From a virus (taxonomy: Duplodnaviria; Heunggongvirae; Uroviricota; Caudoviricetes): a stretch of 64,000 bases of DNA. The DNA is taken from positions 15,911 through 79,910 of IMG/VR virus record IMGVR_UViG_3300006056_000031; one strand, written 5' to 3'. Positions within the stretch are counted from its first letter, which is position 1; every line of letters starts with the position of its first letter. This document shows positions 63,053 to 64,000 of this stretch, in pieces. The notes beneath the pieces were generated by a model. That model was not told the origin of the DNA. It ran no database searches and saw nothing but the letters and a program-made list of their open reading frames with translations. A program made the translations under genes and the position numbers.

Positions 63053-63727
63053 ATGGCAAGAAAAGAAAAACTGTTTCATTATATCTATAAGATAACAAAC
63101 ACAAAGAATGGTAAATATTATATAGGAATGCATTCTACCGATAATGTGGAGGATGGATATTTCGGAAGCGGAAAAAGAATAAGAAATTCGATTAGAAAGC
63201 ACGGATTACTAGTACACACAAAAGAAATTATAGAATATTTCGAAGATAGGGAATCATTAAGAAACTGTGAAATTGGATTGGTAAATGAGGATTTATTAAA
63301 CGATCCAATGTGTATGAATCTACAGCCCGGAGGTGGTGGTGGATTTATAAATGAGGAACATAGGAAAAAATGCGCATTAGCAGCGAAGCTGGCAAATACC
63401 AAACACTTAATAGAATTTTGGAAAGACCCAATAAATAGGAAGAAAAGGACCGATGATATCAAAAAAGCGATGGGAAAACTAAGTATGGAATATAAAAAAA
63501 ATTACGCATCGCACGGATTTAAAGACAAAACCCACACGGAAGAAGCTAAAGAACTAATAGGTGTAAAAAATTCAACAAAACAAAAAGGTGAAGGAAATTC
63601 CCAATGGGGTTCTTTTTGGGTAAATCATCCTGAAATGGGTAATAAAAAAATTAGAGGTGAAGAAAATCTGGATGTATATATTAATTCGGGATGGAATAGA
63701 GGCAGAAATATGAAATTTAAAAAGTGA
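63053..63727 (+). CDS. GIY-YIG homing endonuclease
   Basis: N-terminal FHYIYKITNTKNGKYYIGMHST....YFGSGK (GIY-YIG). Downstream H...N and Lys-rich DNA-binding tail. Confidence 0.75.
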   Translation: MARKEKLFHYIYKITNTKNGKYYIGMHSTDNVEDGYFGSGKRIRNSIRKHGLLVHTKEIIEYFEDRESLRNCEIGLVNEDLLNDPMCMNLQPGGGGGFINEEHRKKCALAAKLANTKHLIEFWKDPINRKKRTDDIKKAMGKLSMEYKKNYASHGFKDKTHTEEAKELIGVKNSTKQKGEGNSQWGSFWVNHPEMGNKKIRGEENLDVYINSGWNRGRNMKFKK

Positions 63728-63776
63728 AACAAAACAAAAATTGAATATATAATAATAAATTAAAAACAACACAATG

Positions 63777-64000
63777 ACTTAGATTAACAAATTTCAAGAA
63801 ACAAAACTGGTAGTAATTACCAGATCAGATATCCACCCAGGGTATCAATTACCCCAGGCTTGTCATAGTCTCGCAGATTTTGCACATGAACATCCTACAA
63901 AGTTCAAAGAATGGAAAGAGACATCAAATTCTATAATTTGTCTCTCCGCAAAATCAGAATCGCATTTAATTAAACTTTACGAAAAATTCAGACACGTCAC
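63777..64000 (+). CDS. PTH2-like peptidyl-tRNA hydrolase paralog (3'-partial; no ATG start found)
   Basis: The open frame to the window end encodes ..KLVVITRSDIHPGYQLPQACHSLADFAHEHP...SNSIICLSAKSESHLIKLYEKF, resembling the PTH2 N-terminal half (KmVlVVRtDL.MgkGKiaAQcsHAa...kVVLkv.sEeeL). There is no in-frame ATG between the upstream TGA (63774-63776) and the conserved block. Confidence 0.35.

Noticed and set aside
1-64000. Stop-codon reassignment (TAG/TGA recoding, as in some Bacteroidota phages)
   Set aside because: ORFs throughout the window are long and contiguous under the standard code. In-frame TAG/TGA interruptions were not needed to explain any gene except the ATG-less PTH2-like ORF at the window end.
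1-64000. CRISPR arrays, integrase/att sites, rRNA genes
   Set aside because: No regularly spaced direct repeats and no tyrosine/serine recombinase motifs were seen. The T-arm-like repeats are tRNA-like, not CRISPR repeats.

Overview
This 64-kb window is an AT-rich, gene-dense stretch of a large lytic dsDNA phage. Genes are almost all on the + strand, with a few minus-strand islands. The host is probably in Bacteroidota: most promoters carry the Bacteroidota sigma-A -7 box TAnnTTTG (here T-A-T/C-A-TTTG-C) with a conserved TTCGAA/TTCGGAA-like upstream element, and genes lack Shine-Dalgarno sequences. No capsid, tail or replication core genes were recognised, so this is an early/accessory region. 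It is packed with short ORFs, many with ATGA/TAATG overlaps, and rho-independent terminators. The recognisable content falls into five groups.

(i) A dispersed tRNA maintenance toolkit:
- RNA ligase with an N-terminal Myf/EMAP-like tRNA-binding fold (11031..12122)
- Pnk-like 5'-kinase (44635..45165)
- HAD phosphatase (31649..32155)
- CCA-adding-enzyme head domain (17271..18014), with a separately encoded HD domain (22608..23105)
- stand-alone tRNA-binding protein (16914..17267)
- two PTH2-type peptidyl-tRNA hydrolases (20302..20550 and a partial ORF at 63777..64000)
- SmpB (20554..21000)
- two clusters of tRNA-like genes (26.17-27.09 kb and 61.88-63.0 kb), several with non-canonical architecture: one lacks an anticodon arm, and several are oversized between the D and T arms.

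(ii) At least eight freestanding homing-endonuclease-like genes: three GIY-YIG, two LAGLIDADG, and three PD-(D/E)XK/Vsr-like.

(iii) Candidate counter-defence and host-takeover genes: NADAR (39111..39584), a macro-like protein (35604..36098), a Mesh1-like (p)ppGpp hydrolase (23900..24484), and an NTase-HEPN-like protein (18280..19080).

(iv) Membrane and secreted proteins: an outer-membrane beta-barrel protein, a flotillin/SPFH-like protein, and holin-like small proteins.

(v) Two paralogous families of small proteins, with four and two copies.

No CRISPR array, integrase or rRNA was seen.
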